From: an uncultured Candidatus Peribacteria bacterium
GTDB taxonomy: Bacteria > Patescibacteriota > Gracilibacteria > UBA1369 > LOWO2-01-FULL-3
Assembly (NCBI GenBank): GCA_964499425.1
Contig: CAZCLD010000004.1
Location: forward strand, 1-48,150
Direction: 5' to 3'
Length of the DNA: 48,150 nucleotides
Of the stretch, positions 27,143-37,094 are shown in pieces; position 1 is the stretch's first letter; the number at the start of each line of letters is the position of its first letter. The position numbers were made by a program, and so were the translations under genes. A model generated the notes under the pieces. That model was given only the letters and a program-made list of their open reading frames with translations. It did no database searches and was not told the origin of the DNA.

Positions 27143-29539
27143 ATGTATATTTCCCTCAATTGGCTAAAAGACTTTGTAGACCTACCCAAAAACCTCGATC
27201 CTCAGGATCTGGCAGAACAGCTAACCCTTAAAACAGCCGAGGTAGAAGAAGTCAAGGAAGGAGGAAAGGGTCTCGAGGGTGTTGTCGTAGGCGAAATCAA
27301 AGAAATCAGGAAGCACCCCAATGCAGACAAACTCAGTCTCGCCAAAGTCGATATCGGCAAGAAGGAACCAATAAACCTCATATTCGGCCAAATGGTCGGA
27401 ATGAAAATCGGAAATAAGGTTCCAGTTGCGGTAGCCCCAACAACTCTTCCAACTGGAGCCGTCATTGAGAAAAGAAAGCTCCGTGGAGAACCATCTGAAG
27501 GAATGTTGTGCCTTGATCAAGAATTAGGCCTAAAAGACGAAGGCGTCTCCATCCAATACTTCCCGGATTTAAAACCAGGCACACCAATATCTCAGGCCCT
27601 AGGACTAGATGACATAGTATTAGAATTTGACAACAAGTCTCTAACTCATCGCCCCGACCTTTGGGGCCATTATGGCATCGCACGTGAAGTAGCCGCCATC
27701 ACAGAGAGCAAATTCAAAACTCTTGAGCCAAAGGTGGAAATCCCTTCGTCAGGAAAAGCTCCAAAGGTAGAAATCAAAGACTATAAATTATGTCCACGTT
27801 ACTGCGGATTGATCATTGAGAATATCAAGGTTGAAGATTCTCCTGACTGGCTCAAAAAACACCTCACGGCAGTCGGTCATGGAACACACAACAATATTGT
27901 TGACGTCACAAACTATGTCCTGGCAGAACTCGGTCAACCAATGCACGCCTTCGACGAAAATTTTATCAAAAAAGGCATCACAGTCAGACGAGCCAAGGCC
28001 AAAGAAAAAATCACCACCCTAGACGACAAAACCCGTCAACTCTCAAAGGACACCTTAGTAATTGCTGACCACGAAAAACCAGTGGCTATTGCTGGAGTAA
28101 TGGGAGGTGAAAACAGCGAAATTAACGAAAAGACTACCTCGATTATTCTAGAGTCTGCTAATTTCAACGCTGGATCAGTCAGACGCACCTCAACAAAACT
28201 TGGCTTGCGCACAGAATCTGTGCAACGATTCGAAAAATCTTTAGACCCAAATCTCGCAGAACTCGCCATCAAGCGGGCAGCTGAGTTAATCCTAAGAATC
28301 TGCCCTTCTGCAAAAATAGCAGGCCCCATCACCGATATCAAAGACTTTGAAAACAAAGACATTGTTGTTGATTTAGATACTAACAAAGCTCGCTCAAAAA
28401 TAGGCGTAGACATTTCAAGCAAGGACATGAAGAAGATGCTAGAAAAGCTCAATTTCAAGACCACTGAACAGGGGAAGATTCTCAAAGTCACTCTCCCCAG
28501 CTTCCGCGCAACCAAGGACATTGATATCGAAGACGACCTAATAGAAGAAATCGCCCGAATGTATGGATATGAAAACATCCCTGCAACCCTTCCCAAACTG
28601 CCTACTCGCCTACCAGAAGAGAACACCGAACGCTTCAAAAAACACCGAGCAAGAGAGCTTCTTTCGTACGGGCTTGGATTTAACGAAGCATACAATTATT
28701 CTTTTTACGGTCAAAAGGAAATCGCCAACTGCCTAATGACAGAAGAAGGCCATATAAAATTATTGAATTATTTGTCTGAAGATCAAACACATCTGCGCAC
28801 AACACTCGTTCCCAATCTCTTGAAAAACCTGGCAGAAAATGTGAAGCATTTTTCATCATCAAAAATCTACGAAATCGGACGAACCTATAAAGAAATCGGG
28901 AAATACATGCCGTTAGAAGAAAAAAGAATTACTGGAGCAATTCTCGTTAAAGGAAAAACAGATGAACCATTTTACGAAGCAAAGGGCGTTGTCGATTCTT
29001 TTCTAAATAAATTCAATCTCCCTAAGATGAAGAAAGCCAAAGAGGTAGACAATGCTCCATATGCCCACCCCGTAAAAGCTCTGAGCTATATAGATCAAAA
29101 CGCTCAGACCCTGGCAAAAATATTTACAATACATCCTTCTGTAGCAAAAAACCACGGCCTAGAGAATCACTCAGCAGCTTTTTTCGACCTCAACTTCACA
29201 GAATTAATGAAGCTTGAAAGACAGGCCCGCAAGTACAAAAAAATCCCAAAGTTCCCCAGTATCCAAATTGATATTTCCGTAATTGTTGATCAGAGAACTG
29301 AAGTTCGCGAAATTAAAAACGCCATCCAAAAAGCTGACCAAAATCTCATCACTGACGTTACTCTCCTCGAGATATATCAGGGCGAAAACATAGCCAAAGA
29401 CAAAAAGTCCACCGCCTTTAAAGTCACTCTCCAGGCCTTAGATCGCACACTCACAGATGAAGAGATGTTAACCGTCCAAGGTGTCATTTTTAAAAATCTT
29501 GAAAAGTTGGGTGGTAGAATCAGAGGAAAAAAAAGTTGA
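27143..29539 (+). CDS. pheT: Phenylalanine--tRNA ligase beta subunit
   Basis: 798 aa with an MYISLNWLKDFVD start, a tRNA-binding domain, and B3/4 and B5 domain order. It starts immediately after the pheS stop. Confidence 0.95.
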   Translation: MYISLNWLKDFVDLPKNLDPQDLAEQLTLKTAEVEEVKEGGKGLEGVVVGEIKEIRKHPNADKLSLAKVDIGKKEPINLIFGQMVGMKIGNKVPVAVAPTTLPTGAVIEKRKLRGEPSEGMLCLDQELGLKDEGVSIQYFPDLKPGTPISQALGLDDIVLEFDNKSLTHRPDLWGHYGIAREVAAITESKFKTLEPKVEIPSSGKAPKVEIKDYKLCPRYCGLIIENIKVEDSPDWLKKHLTAVGHGTHNNIVDVTNYVLAELGQPMHAFDENFIKKGITVRRAKAKEKITTLDDKTRQLSKDTLVIADHEKPVAIAGVMGGENSEINEKTTSIILESANFNAGSVRRTSTKLGLRTESVQRFEKSLDPNLAELAIKRAAELILRICPSAKIAGPITDIKDFENKDIVVDLDTNKARSKIGVDISSKDMKKMLEKLNFKTTEQGKILKVTLPSFRATKDIDIEDDLIEEIARMYGYENIPATLPKLPTRLPEENTERFKKHRARELLSYGLGFNEAYNYSFYGQKEIANCLMTEEGHIKLLNYLSEDQTHLRTTLVPNLLKNLAENVKHFSSSKIYEIGRTYKEIGKYMPLEEKRITGAILVKGKTDEPFYEAKGVVDSFLNKFNLPKMKKAKEVDNAPYAHPVKALSYIDQNAQTLAKIFTIHPSVAKNHGLENHSAAFFDLNFTELMKLERQARKYKKIPKFPSIQIDISVIVDQRTEVREIKNAIQKADQNLITDVTLLEIYQGENIAKDKKSTAFKVTLQALDRTLTDEEMLTVQGVIFKNLEKLGGRIRGKKS

Positions 29540-29543
29540 TAAG

Positions 29544-30941
29544 TCAGGCAACCAAATCACCCTCCACTGGAGACTCTAGGCCCCATTGGTCACTTTTTTT
29601 TTTGCAATCATTCCCAGAAGACCCCCTTCTATCATGCTCTTCCGTCCTAAACGAACCATCACCATCTTGAGGCGACACCCCTCGCCTCGTCATCGCAGTT
29701 TTTACCGGGCCACTAACCGTTTTAAGAGATGCTTCATCGTCATCGCACACAACAACTGCTGGCCATTCACCAGTATCAGCCATCCCCAGTTCTAAAGGCT
29801 CTATTTCATCTCCATTCAAAAGGGTATCCAAAACATCACCGTCAACAGTATTAGAAACATCCTCTGGAGCTACATTATTATCAAGTTCTTCCCAGCCAAA
29901 AGGGTCCACTGTAGAATTGTATGTAGCACCCACATCATTTATTTGCCGATAAACCCTTCCATCCATAGCAACTCCCGCTCTATAAAGTCTATGTCGGAGA
30001 TAATTTCTGACTACGTGTTCATCAGGGATAAGAGGACACTCGTCTTCAGGCCTAGCAAATACCCTTCCCCTTCCAGCCCCGACAACTGGTCGCCCCTTGT
30101 TCCAGCTCAACGCCTCTCTCTCATCAAAGGTAAGCTCCAACTCATCCAATATCCTCTGTAACATGTTTTCTGCATGGCCTCTATACATCGGGTTGGGACT
30201 TCCGTCCTCAAGCTCTCTATTGTCGTGTCCCTGGATTGAAATTGTAATTCTCGCACTTTTCCGAGTCAAAACAGGCCTTAAAATCTTCAATGTCTCAAGA
30301 TATCCTGCATAATATTGAGGCTCTGAAGACTTACCACAATATTGCTGCATATCCACTGTTAAAACTCCTCCTGGACAAACACCTTTGTGCATAAGACGAA
30401 CAAGCTTCTTTGCACGTCTCACTTGTTCCGGGTCTGGAACAAGCTCCTCATCAACATCGATTCCATGACTTAACCAAATTGCTCTAGAGCCCACTTCTAC
30501 CCCCAACCTTTGAGCCTCTTCCTCATCTATTGGCCCAGGTCTTCGTGCGTAAACTTCTTCAGCAAGATATATGAAGGTCTCATCAAGAAGGGGGTCCATA
30601 TTCCCGTCCTGAGTAATAACAGGACTCAGTGCTTCAAAGATTTTCATTTTCGTTCCAACAACAGGTTTGTCCAAATTCTCAGCAATTTCCTCTCTCGTTA
30701 AAGAGACAACGGTGCCCACGTTATACCTCCCCAGTGGCGTTCTTTTTAATCTGGGAATTCTGTCTTTGGGTCTTCTCGGACCACAAATATCGATCAAGCC
30801 GGACGGCTTTTCACCCCTAGCTGGAAATGCACCACAGTGATAGCATGCCTTGGGGCAATAACCATCCGCAGTGCGTACCAACTCTATGTCCATCTTGTCG
30901 CCCGCTAGTGCTTCCTTTAAAGATACGTTTCCAACCGCCAT
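29544..30941 (-). CDS. Hypothetical protein with an N-terminal radical-SAM-type Cx3Cx2C motif
   Basis: 465-aa ORF with CPKACYHC at aa 29-36 (aromatic residue before the third Cys, as in radical SAM enzymes). A possible degenerate GGE-like segment is ITQDGNMDP. Nothing else is recognisable. Confidence 0.55.
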   Translation of the reverse strand: MAVGNVSLKEALAGDKMDIELVRTADGYCPKACYHCGAFPARGEKPSGLIDICGPRRPKDRIPRLKRTPLGRYNVGTVVSLTREEIAENLDKPVVGTKMKIFEALSPVITQDGNMDPLLDETFIYLAEEVYARRPGPIDEEEAQRLGVEVGSRAIWLSHGIDVDEELVPDPEQVRRAKKLVRLMHKGVCPGGVLTVDMQQYCGKSSEPQYYAGYLETLKILRPVLTRKSARITISIQGHDNRELEDGSPNPMYRGHAENMLQRILDELELTFDEREALSWNKGRPVVGAGRGRVFARPEDECPLIPDEHVVRNYLRHRLYRAGVAMDGRVYRQINDVGATYNSTVDPFGWEELDNNVAPEDVSNTVDGDVLDTLLNGDEIEPLELGMADTGEWPAVVVCDDDEASLKTVSGPVKTAMTRRGVSPQDGDGSFRTEEHDRRGSSGNDCKKKSDQWGLESPVEGDLVA

Positions 30942-31090
30942 GCTTATAATTTAGTTAACAGTTCCCAAAGGCGGACTATGCTACGCCTTTTAAGAGATAT
31001 TGTCAATCTATTTTAACCATAAAATCATAGTTCTTACCCTTGTACAAGCCAGAATGGGATGCTTGTGCACTTGACTAATGCCCCTAAATT

Positions 31091-32464
31091 ATGCACAATA
31101 ATCTCGATTGCAGTTTATTTTTCACAATGAAAACACAATCCATCAGAAATTTCCGCTCCATTAAACTAAAAAGACCTCAGGATCGCGAGATTCTTGAAAA
31201 GGTTTCTCATTCAATTGGAATGGCCGAAGCTCTTTCAGAGCCCCTTTGGTTAGGTGATGAAAAACATAGGACCATTTACGTAAATCCAATGTGGGAAGCA
31301 TTAACCGGTTATACACTTGATGAATACATTGGAAGACCTGCCGACTGGTGCTTTGATGAAAAAAGCAAGAAGATTATTGCCGAACAACACAAGCTGAGAA
31401 CAAAAGGACAGTCTTCAAAATATGAGGGAATAATGACCAGCAAAAGTGGGGAAAAGATACCAATCCTCATAAGCGGCTCACCCACAAGCGCCGGGGGCAC
31501 GATCGGGCTTTGGATAGATTTGAGAAAAAGCAAAAGGCTAGCACATCAAGAAAGAATAGCTCGTCAAATAATGCGACATTCCGCAGAGGCCTTTGTAATT
31601 CTCAGTAAGGGGCGCAAAATCAAGTTGTGGAATCATGCAGCAGAAAAAATGTTTGGATACAAAGAAGAAGAGGTTCTGAAAAAATCTATCGACATAATAA
31701 TCCCCAAAGACCAAAGCGCCTCAAACAAGGGCTTAATCGAAGAGGTCGGAAAGAAGAAGCACCTTAAAAACGCCGAATTAACAAGGCAGACAAAAAGCGG
31801 TGAACTAATCGAAGTCTCAGCCTCAATCACAAAGGTCGTCAGCAACAATAGCAATTTCATAGGATACCTAATCATTTACCGCGACATAACTCAGCAAAAA
31901 CGTACGCATACAGAGCTACAAAAACGTTTCGAGGCTATTCAAGACGCTTACAAAGAGCTCGGCCTTCAAAGAAGACACCTCGACTACATGTATGAAATCG
32001 TTGACACCGCAGTTTCAGATTGTAGCCTTGCAGATTTAGAGAAATTAATCGTCAGCGCTATGTGCCTCTTAACAAAATCTGATGGCACTGTGCTACGCCT
32101 ATATGACGAGAAACGTAAAGTTTTAAAACTAAAAGCCTGCTTTGGAGTTAGCCAAAAATGGTGGGACAAAAGCCAAATTTCCTTTGAAAACAGCATTGCA
32201 CAGGAAGCAATAGAAAATAAAAGGGCAATTATCATTGATGACATAGATAGCTTTTCAAAGCACCAAGGAGTAAAGCTGCTAAAAGCGCACAAATATAAAA
32301 CCCTCATCCTAATTCCACTAATGATGGGCGACACAATAATCGGCTCACTGAGCCTTTATACAAGTGACCCTGCAAAATTTCGACTAATCGAAACCGACTT
32401 CCTAGAAAATATGGGAAAACAATGTTCCATCGCCCTATGCTCAAAGAGCGCACATAGTAAATAG
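31091..32464 (+). CDS. PAS-PAS-GAF sensor-domain protein without a recognisable output domain
   Basis: Two PAS-like units (PLWLGDEKHRTIYVNPMWEALTGYTLDEYIG; AFVILSKGRKIKLWNHAAEKMFGYKEEEV) followed by a GAF-like C-terminus. No kinase, GGDEF or HTH motifs seen. Confidence 0.7.
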   Translation: MHNNLDCSLFFTMKTQSIRNFRSIKLKRPQDREILEKVSHSIGMAEALSEPLWLGDEKHRTIYVNPMWEALTGYTLDEYIGRPADWCFDEKSKKIIAEQHKLRTKGQSSKYEGIMTSKSGEKIPILISGSPTSAGGTIGLWIDLRKSKRLAHQERIARQIMRHSAEAFVILSKGRKIKLWNHAAEKMFGYKEEEVLKKSIDIIIPKDQSASNKGLIEEVGKKKHLKNAELTRQTKSGELIEVSASITKVVSNNSNFIGYLIIYRDITQQKRTHTELQKRFEAIQDAYKELGLQRRHLDYMYEIVDTAVSDCSLADLEKLIVSAMCLLTKSDGTVLRLYDEKRKVLKLKACFGVSQKWWDKSQISFENSIAQEAIENKRAIIIDDIDSFSKHQGVKLLKAHKYKTLILIPLMMGDTIIGSLSLYTSDPAKFRLIETDFLENMGKQCSIALCSKSAHSK

Positions 32465-32498
32465 CCCCCTTTACCTGCAAACAATTTTCCATTAGTAT

Positions 32499-35216
32499 TT
32501 GAACATGTTAAAAAAATACCTGCCTCGAAGAGAAAGCGGCTTCTTAAAAAGACTGGCATTCTGGGCTATCACGATATTCATCGGGCTTTTTTGCCTGGGA
32601 ATAATCACCTTTGCAGGACTAATTGGAATCCTCTCAATCGGACTCCCTGATGTCACAAGCTTAGAGAACTTAACGGCCGCCCAGTCTACCCAGATCTTCG
32701 ACAGAGAAGGTGAGCTCTTATACACAATCCACGGAGATGAAAATAGAGAGCAGGTCCCCCTAGCAGACATCTCAAAGAATCTAATTGCAGCAACAATCGC
32801 AATGGAGGATGACGAGTTTTACGAGCACAAAGGCTTTGACATCTGGGCTCTCGGCAGAGTAGGGCTGCATGAGATTTTCGGCATAGGAAAAGCACGCGGG
32901 GGCTCCACAATCACTCAGCAATACATAAAGAACACATTTCTATCTTCCGAAAGAACATACACAAGAAAGGCAAAAGAATTAATTCTAGCTATCCGAACCG
33001 AAAGAGAATACAGCAAAGATGAAATTCTTGAGCTCTATCTCAATCGCATTCCTTACGGAAACAACTCCTACGGAATACAAAAGGCTTCACAGGTATATTT
33101 TGGCAAAGACGCAATAGATTTGACTGTAGGCGAAAGTGCAATGCTTGCATCGCTTCCACAGGCTCCAAGCAGATATAATCCTTACGGACAAAACAAGTAT
33201 TCACACCTACTCAAAGAGTTTACTGAAGAAGAGCTTTCATATCGAAAAATCGAAAGTGAATTCGATTTAGAAATTGAAGAATACAGCCGCGGACTCATAG
33301 GGCAGCACGTCAATCTTGGCAATGATCAAAGCGTATACATTGCAGGCCGCAGCGATTTAGTTTTAAGGAGAATGTTCGAATTAGGAACAATAACAGCAGA
33401 TGAGCGGCTTGATGCTCTAAACGAAATCCAGGGAATAGAATTTAACGACTACCGCGAACCGATCAAACACCCACACTTTGTACTCTACATAAAACAAATT
33501 CTCGAAGACAAATATGGAAAGGACGTAGTAGAACAAGGCGGACTAAAAGTCTATACAACCCTAGATGGAGAATTACAAGCTGTCGCTGAAGAAACAGCCA
33601 CAGAAAGACAAGCAACAAATCTAAGCAAATTTGGTGCAAATAACATGTCCATCGTGTCAATCAACCCTAAGACTGGTGAGATTTTGGCAATGGTCGGATC
33701 CATCGACTACTTCGACGAGGAGATAGACGGCAATGTAAATGTTTCACTAAGGCCTCGTCAACCTGGCTCATCCTTCAAGCCAATCGCATATGCACAAGCA
33801 TTTTACAATGGCTACGCGCCTGGAAATGTTATTCATGATATTCCTACAAAAATTGGGCCAGACAAACCAGAGAATTACGACGGCGAATGGCAAGGTCAAA
33901 TTTCAATGCGCACAGCACTTGGACAATCTAGAAACATCCCAGCGATAAAGACATATTTCTTAGCTGGCGAACAAGACCAAATAATCGACCTAGCCGAAAA
34001 AATGGGCATCACAACACTAAACAAAAAACATAGCTACGGCTACCCACTTGCCCTCGGAGCAGGAGAAATCCCTCTCATAGAAATGGTTACTGCATACGGT
34101 GTATTTGCAAACAATGGCAAGCTGCCTGAGTTAACAGGGATCATGAAAGTAGAAAATGCGAATGGGGACGTCTTGGAAGAATGGAAGCCAAAAGAATTTG
34201 AAGAAGTTGTAGATCCGCAAATCGCATACCTCATAAACAGTATCCTTTCCGGACAAGAGTATTCTGTTGGACCAAGATTATTTGTCGACGGCCACGTAAA
34301 CGCCGCAAAAACGGGAACCAGCACAAAAGAAAACAAGAAAGAAGCCGGCGGCTCAGACGTACGTCCTTCAGACGCCTGGACAATTGGCTACACTCCAAGC
34401 GTAGTCACGGGCGTATGGATAGGCAATTCCGATGGATCAGGGCTAGGCTATAGCGCAAACGGCTACGATGCAGCATCCCCAGTTTTCAACGCGGTAATGA
34501 CAAAAGCCCTCGAGGGAAAAGCTGCTGAACCATTTCCCGAACCCAAAGGTCTAAAACACGTCGAGGTAGGAAAATTCTCGGGGAAATTACCTGGGCCACA
34601 AACACCTGCGTCAATGATAGTAAAAGAAATTTTTCCCAACTTTGCTATTCCAACAGAAATTGAGAACATCTACTTCACTGTAAAACTAGATAAAATAACT
34701 GGTTTACTTGCAACCGAGTTCACCCCTGAAGAAGCAGTAGAAGATGTAACCTTCCAAAACTATGAGCCTGTTGCAAATCTACTAAATTGGGAGCAAGAGA
34801 TAAAAGATTACTACCAGGGTCACGGCAAAGAAGGCGAAATCGTAAGGGTTGGATTTCCTCCAACAGAATACGACAACCTTCATACGGCAGAAACAGCAAT
34901 GGCTAAGCCAACAATCACCATTGTCGATCCTGTTTCCCAAACAGCTTTAGAACCAGGGAGATTCCAGGTACAAGTCAACGCAAGCGCACCACATGGAGTA
35001 AAAATAGTCGAATACTATATCGACAACGAAATGAAGTTTTCCTCCCTTACCGCGCCCTACCCCGGATTTTTGAATATAGCTAACTACTTCAAGCCTGGCT
35101 CAAAACACCTTGTAGTCGCCAAAGTAATCGACGAGCTTGGCTATAGCGCACAATCCGCGATTGAGATTAAAGTAGCTGGTGCAGAACCAGAAGAGGAAGA
35201 CGATCCAGAAGAATAG
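32499..35216 (+). CDS. Class A penicillin-binding protein (glycosyltransferase GT51 + transpeptidase)
   Basis: N-terminal TM helix, EDDEFYEHKGFD and RGGSTITQQ GT51 motifs, SSFKP (SxxK), KTGTS (KTG) transpeptidase motifs, acidic C-terminal tail. Confidence 0.9.
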   Translation: MNMLKKYLPRRESGFLKRLAFWAITIFIGLFCLGIITFAGLIGILSIGLPDVTSLENLTAAQSTQIFDREGELLYTIHGDENREQVPLADISKNLIAATIAMEDDEFYEHKGFDIWALGRVGLHEIFGIGKARGGSTITQQYIKNTFLSSERTYTRKAKELILAIRTEREYSKDEILELYLNRIPYGNNSYGIQKASQVYFGKDAIDLTVGESAMLASLPQAPSRYNPYGQNKYSHLLKEFTEEELSYRKIESEFDLEIEEYSRGLIGQHVNLGNDQSVYIAGRSDLVLRRMFELGTITADERLDALNEIQGIEFNDYREPIKHPHFVLYIKQILEDKYGKDVVEQGGLKVYTTLDGELQAVAEETATERQATNLSKFGANNMSIVSINPKTGEILAMVGSIDYFDEEIDGNVNVSLRPRQPGSSFKPIAYAQAFYNGYAPGNVIHDIPTKIGPDKPENYDGEWQGQISMRTALGQSRNIPAIKTYFLAGEQDQIIDLAEKMGITTLNKKHSYGYPLALGAGEIPLIEMVTAYGVFANNGKLPELTGIMKVENANGDVLEEWKPKEFEEVVDPQIAYLINSILSGQEYSVGPRLFVDGHVNAAKTGTSTKENKKEAGGSDVRPSDAWTIGYTPSVVTGVWIGNSDGSGLGYSANGYDAASPVFNAVMTKALEGKAAEPFPEPKGLKHVEVGKFSGKLPGPQTPASMIVKEIFPNFAIPTEIENIYFTVKLDKITGLLATEFTPEEAVEDVTFQNYEPVANLLNWEQEIKDYYQGHGKEGEIVRVGFPPTEYDNLHTAETAMAKPTITIVDPVSQTALEPGRFQVQVNASAPHGVKIVEYYIDNEMKFSSLTAPYPGFLNIANYFKPGSKHLVVAKVIDELGYSAQSAIEIKVAGAEPEEEDDPEE

Positions 35217-35286
35217 AGCATTTTTCAACACAGCGCATTGTTCCAGAAGGGGTTTTGTGTTATAATAATATGATTTTTGCATCTCT

Positions 35287-36300
35287 ATGCTTTATACAAA
35301 CGAAAAACTAGAGGAATTAAGACACAGATGGCTTACCCCAAAAGGCAAAAAGTTCGTGCAAATAATAAAAAAGTCCCGCTGTTATCTCAGCCCCGTCCTT
35401 TACCGTCAGAAAGTACATAATTTCCCGAACATAAAAGACGCAGAAGTGGAGGATGGCATCGATCTCAGAGGAATAAATTTGTCTGGTTTCGACTTTAGAG
35501 TTCCCATTAAAGACGGCGACGATGGCTTTTCTGAGGACGTTGCAATCTTGTCAGAAATACACTTTGAGGGTGCTATCCTAAAGCACTGCAATTTCCAAGA
35601 AGGAAAGATTCATAATTGTTTTTTTGAAGATACCGAAATCCTACATTCAGAATTCAAAGGTGCTACAGTAAACAACTGTAATTTCGACCAAGCTAATTGT
35701 ACTGGAATAAATTTGCGCAGCGCTAAGCTAATTAATTGCAGCTTTGCAGACACGACAATCAAAGACGTCACGCTAGACTCGACCATCGTAGATCAAAAAA
35801 CCACTTTCGGGAAAACACTAAAAACTGAAAAAGACGACAGCTTCCATTTTGCGTCAATCGAATACAAGCAAATAAAGGAAATGTACAAAAACTCAAGTCT
35901 CCACGAAATAGCAGACCACTATCACTATAGAGAAATGGTTTCAAAGAGGAAAATCACGAAAAAAAGCAGTCCCATGAGATGGCTAAATTATTTTTTTGGT
36001 GATCTTCTCTGCAAATACGGAACATCATTTACGAGGGTGTTGCTATGGTCAGCCCTACTAATAATGATCTGCGCTGCCCTACTGAGCATAAACAAAAGCC
36101 TCCTATATCAAAATGTCCAAACCGGTTCGTCTTTCATCGATTCCCTTTATTTTAGCATAGTAACATTTACAACCCTCGGATATGGAGACTTCCATGCTGT
36201 TGGCGCTATGCGATTTGTGGCAGCGGCAGAAGCCTTCCTCGGCGCAGCCCTGATGGCACTTTTTACAGTTATTGTTGCAAGAAATATCATAAGAGACTAG
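35287..36300 (+). CDS. Pentapeptide-repeat domain fused to a 2-TM potassium-channel pore
   Basis: Pentapeptide repeats over about aa 85-170 (CNFQEGKIHNCFFEDTEILHSEFKGATVNNCNFDQANCTGINLRSAKLINCSF). Then TM1, a pore helix with TTLGYGD selectivity-filter signature, and TM2. Confidence 0.8.
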   Translation: MLYTNEKLEELRHRWLTPKGKKFVQIIKKSRCYLSPVLYRQKVHNFPNIKDAEVEDGIDLRGINLSGFDFRVPIKDGDDGFSEDVAILSEIHFEGAILKHCNFQEGKIHNCFFEDTEILHSEFKGATVNNCNFDQANCTGINLRSAKLINCSFADTTIKDVTLDSTIVDQKTTFGKTLKTEKDDSFHFASIEYKQIKEMYKNSSLHEIADHYHYREMVSKRKITKKSSPMRWLNYFFGDLLCKYGTSFTRVLLWSALLIMICAALLSINKSLLYQNVQTGSSFIDSLYFSIVTFTTLGYGDFHAVGAMRFVAAAEAFLGAALMALFTVIVARNIIRD

Positions 36301-36479
36301 GTTGCATTAGTATACTTTGTTTGAGCGAATTGGAGAACTTTTGTTTTGAAGAAAGCGTTAAAAAATTGCACTGTTTGACCCGCCAAAGGCGGGGAGTTTG
36401 CAATTTTTAGCTTTCGAAGCCAGGATTTCATCAAAAGTTTGACTGAGCGTAAAATGGAGTATACTAATGCAACCTAGTC
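36295..36479. repeat. Perfect 22-bp inverted repeat flanking a 141-bp intergenic core
   Basis: GACTAGGTTGCATTAGTATACT (36295-36316) and its exact reverse complement AGTATACTAATGCAACCTAGTC (36458-36479). The left arm contains the TAG stop of the channel gene. The right arm contains part of GGAG and the ATG (36467) of the methyltransferase gene. Confidence 0.9.
36361..36408. terminator. Symmetric (bidirectional-type) intrinsic terminator hairpin
   Basis: AAAAATTGCA / TGCAATTTTT outer stem enclosing a CCCGCC-AAA-GGCGGG inner stem. A-run upstream and T-run downstream. Confidence 0.6.
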
Positions 36480-37045
36480 CTGATATATCCATGCAACAAA
36501 AACCAAAAAATCTCCTCAAGTCCCTCGAGAAGACTCGCCACAAATATTGGAATATTGACCGCACAACTGGCCAGTTCCTAAATCTCTTAATCAAGACTCG
36601 TAAATACAAGACTGTCTTAGAAATTGGAACTTCCAATGGCTACAGCGCCCTTTGGATAGCGGAAGCCCTTACTCAAACAGGGGGGCATCTCTACACAATG
36701 GAATCCCACAAAAAAGATCGGTATCTTCGCGCAAAAGAGAACTTCGAGAAATCTGGTTTAAAAAATATCACCCTCATCCTCGGACATGCACCTGAAGATA
36801 TCCCCTCAACACCTCACAAATTTGATCTGGCCTTCTTCGACGCTACCAAGCATGAACATGAATGCTACTTCAAAGCCCTAGAAAATCGCATAAAGAACGG
36901 TGGACTCATAATTACTGACAACCTGTGTTCCCACAAAACCGCTCTCACCTCTTACAAGAAAGCTCTCCTTTCATCAAAAAATTGGGAATCAACTTACTTG
37001 GACATTGGAGCCGGACTTATGATAAGCAAAAAAACAGCTTGCTAA
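36467..37045 (+). CDS. Class I SAM-dependent O-methyltransferase (family 3, caffeoyl-CoA OMT / YrrM-like)
   Basis: VLEIGTSNGYSALWIAEAL (motif I), FFDATKHEH, NGGLIITDN. 192 aa. Confidence 0.8.
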   Translation: MQPSPDISMQQKPKNLLKSLEKTRHKYWNIDRTTGQFLNLLIKTRKYKTVLEIGTSNGYSALWIAEALTQTGGHLYTMESHKKDRYLRAKENFEKSGLKNITLILGHAPEDIPSTPHKFDLAFFDATKHEHECYFKALENRIKNGGLIITDNLCSHKTALTSYKKALLSSKNWESTYLDIGAGLMISKKTAC

Positions 37046-37094
37046 AGCCTTTTTCATTCGCTAAACTCCATTTCCTAACTTTAACTAAAGAACA

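Noticed and set aside
28036-28695. A 219-aa antisense ORF inside pheT, and similar antisense ORFs inside other long genes (for example 42213-42830, 10874-11392, 17754-18104).
   Set aside because: They lie opposite well-supported conserved genes, have Ser/Leu/Arg-rich compositions typical of antisense frames, and carry no motifs.
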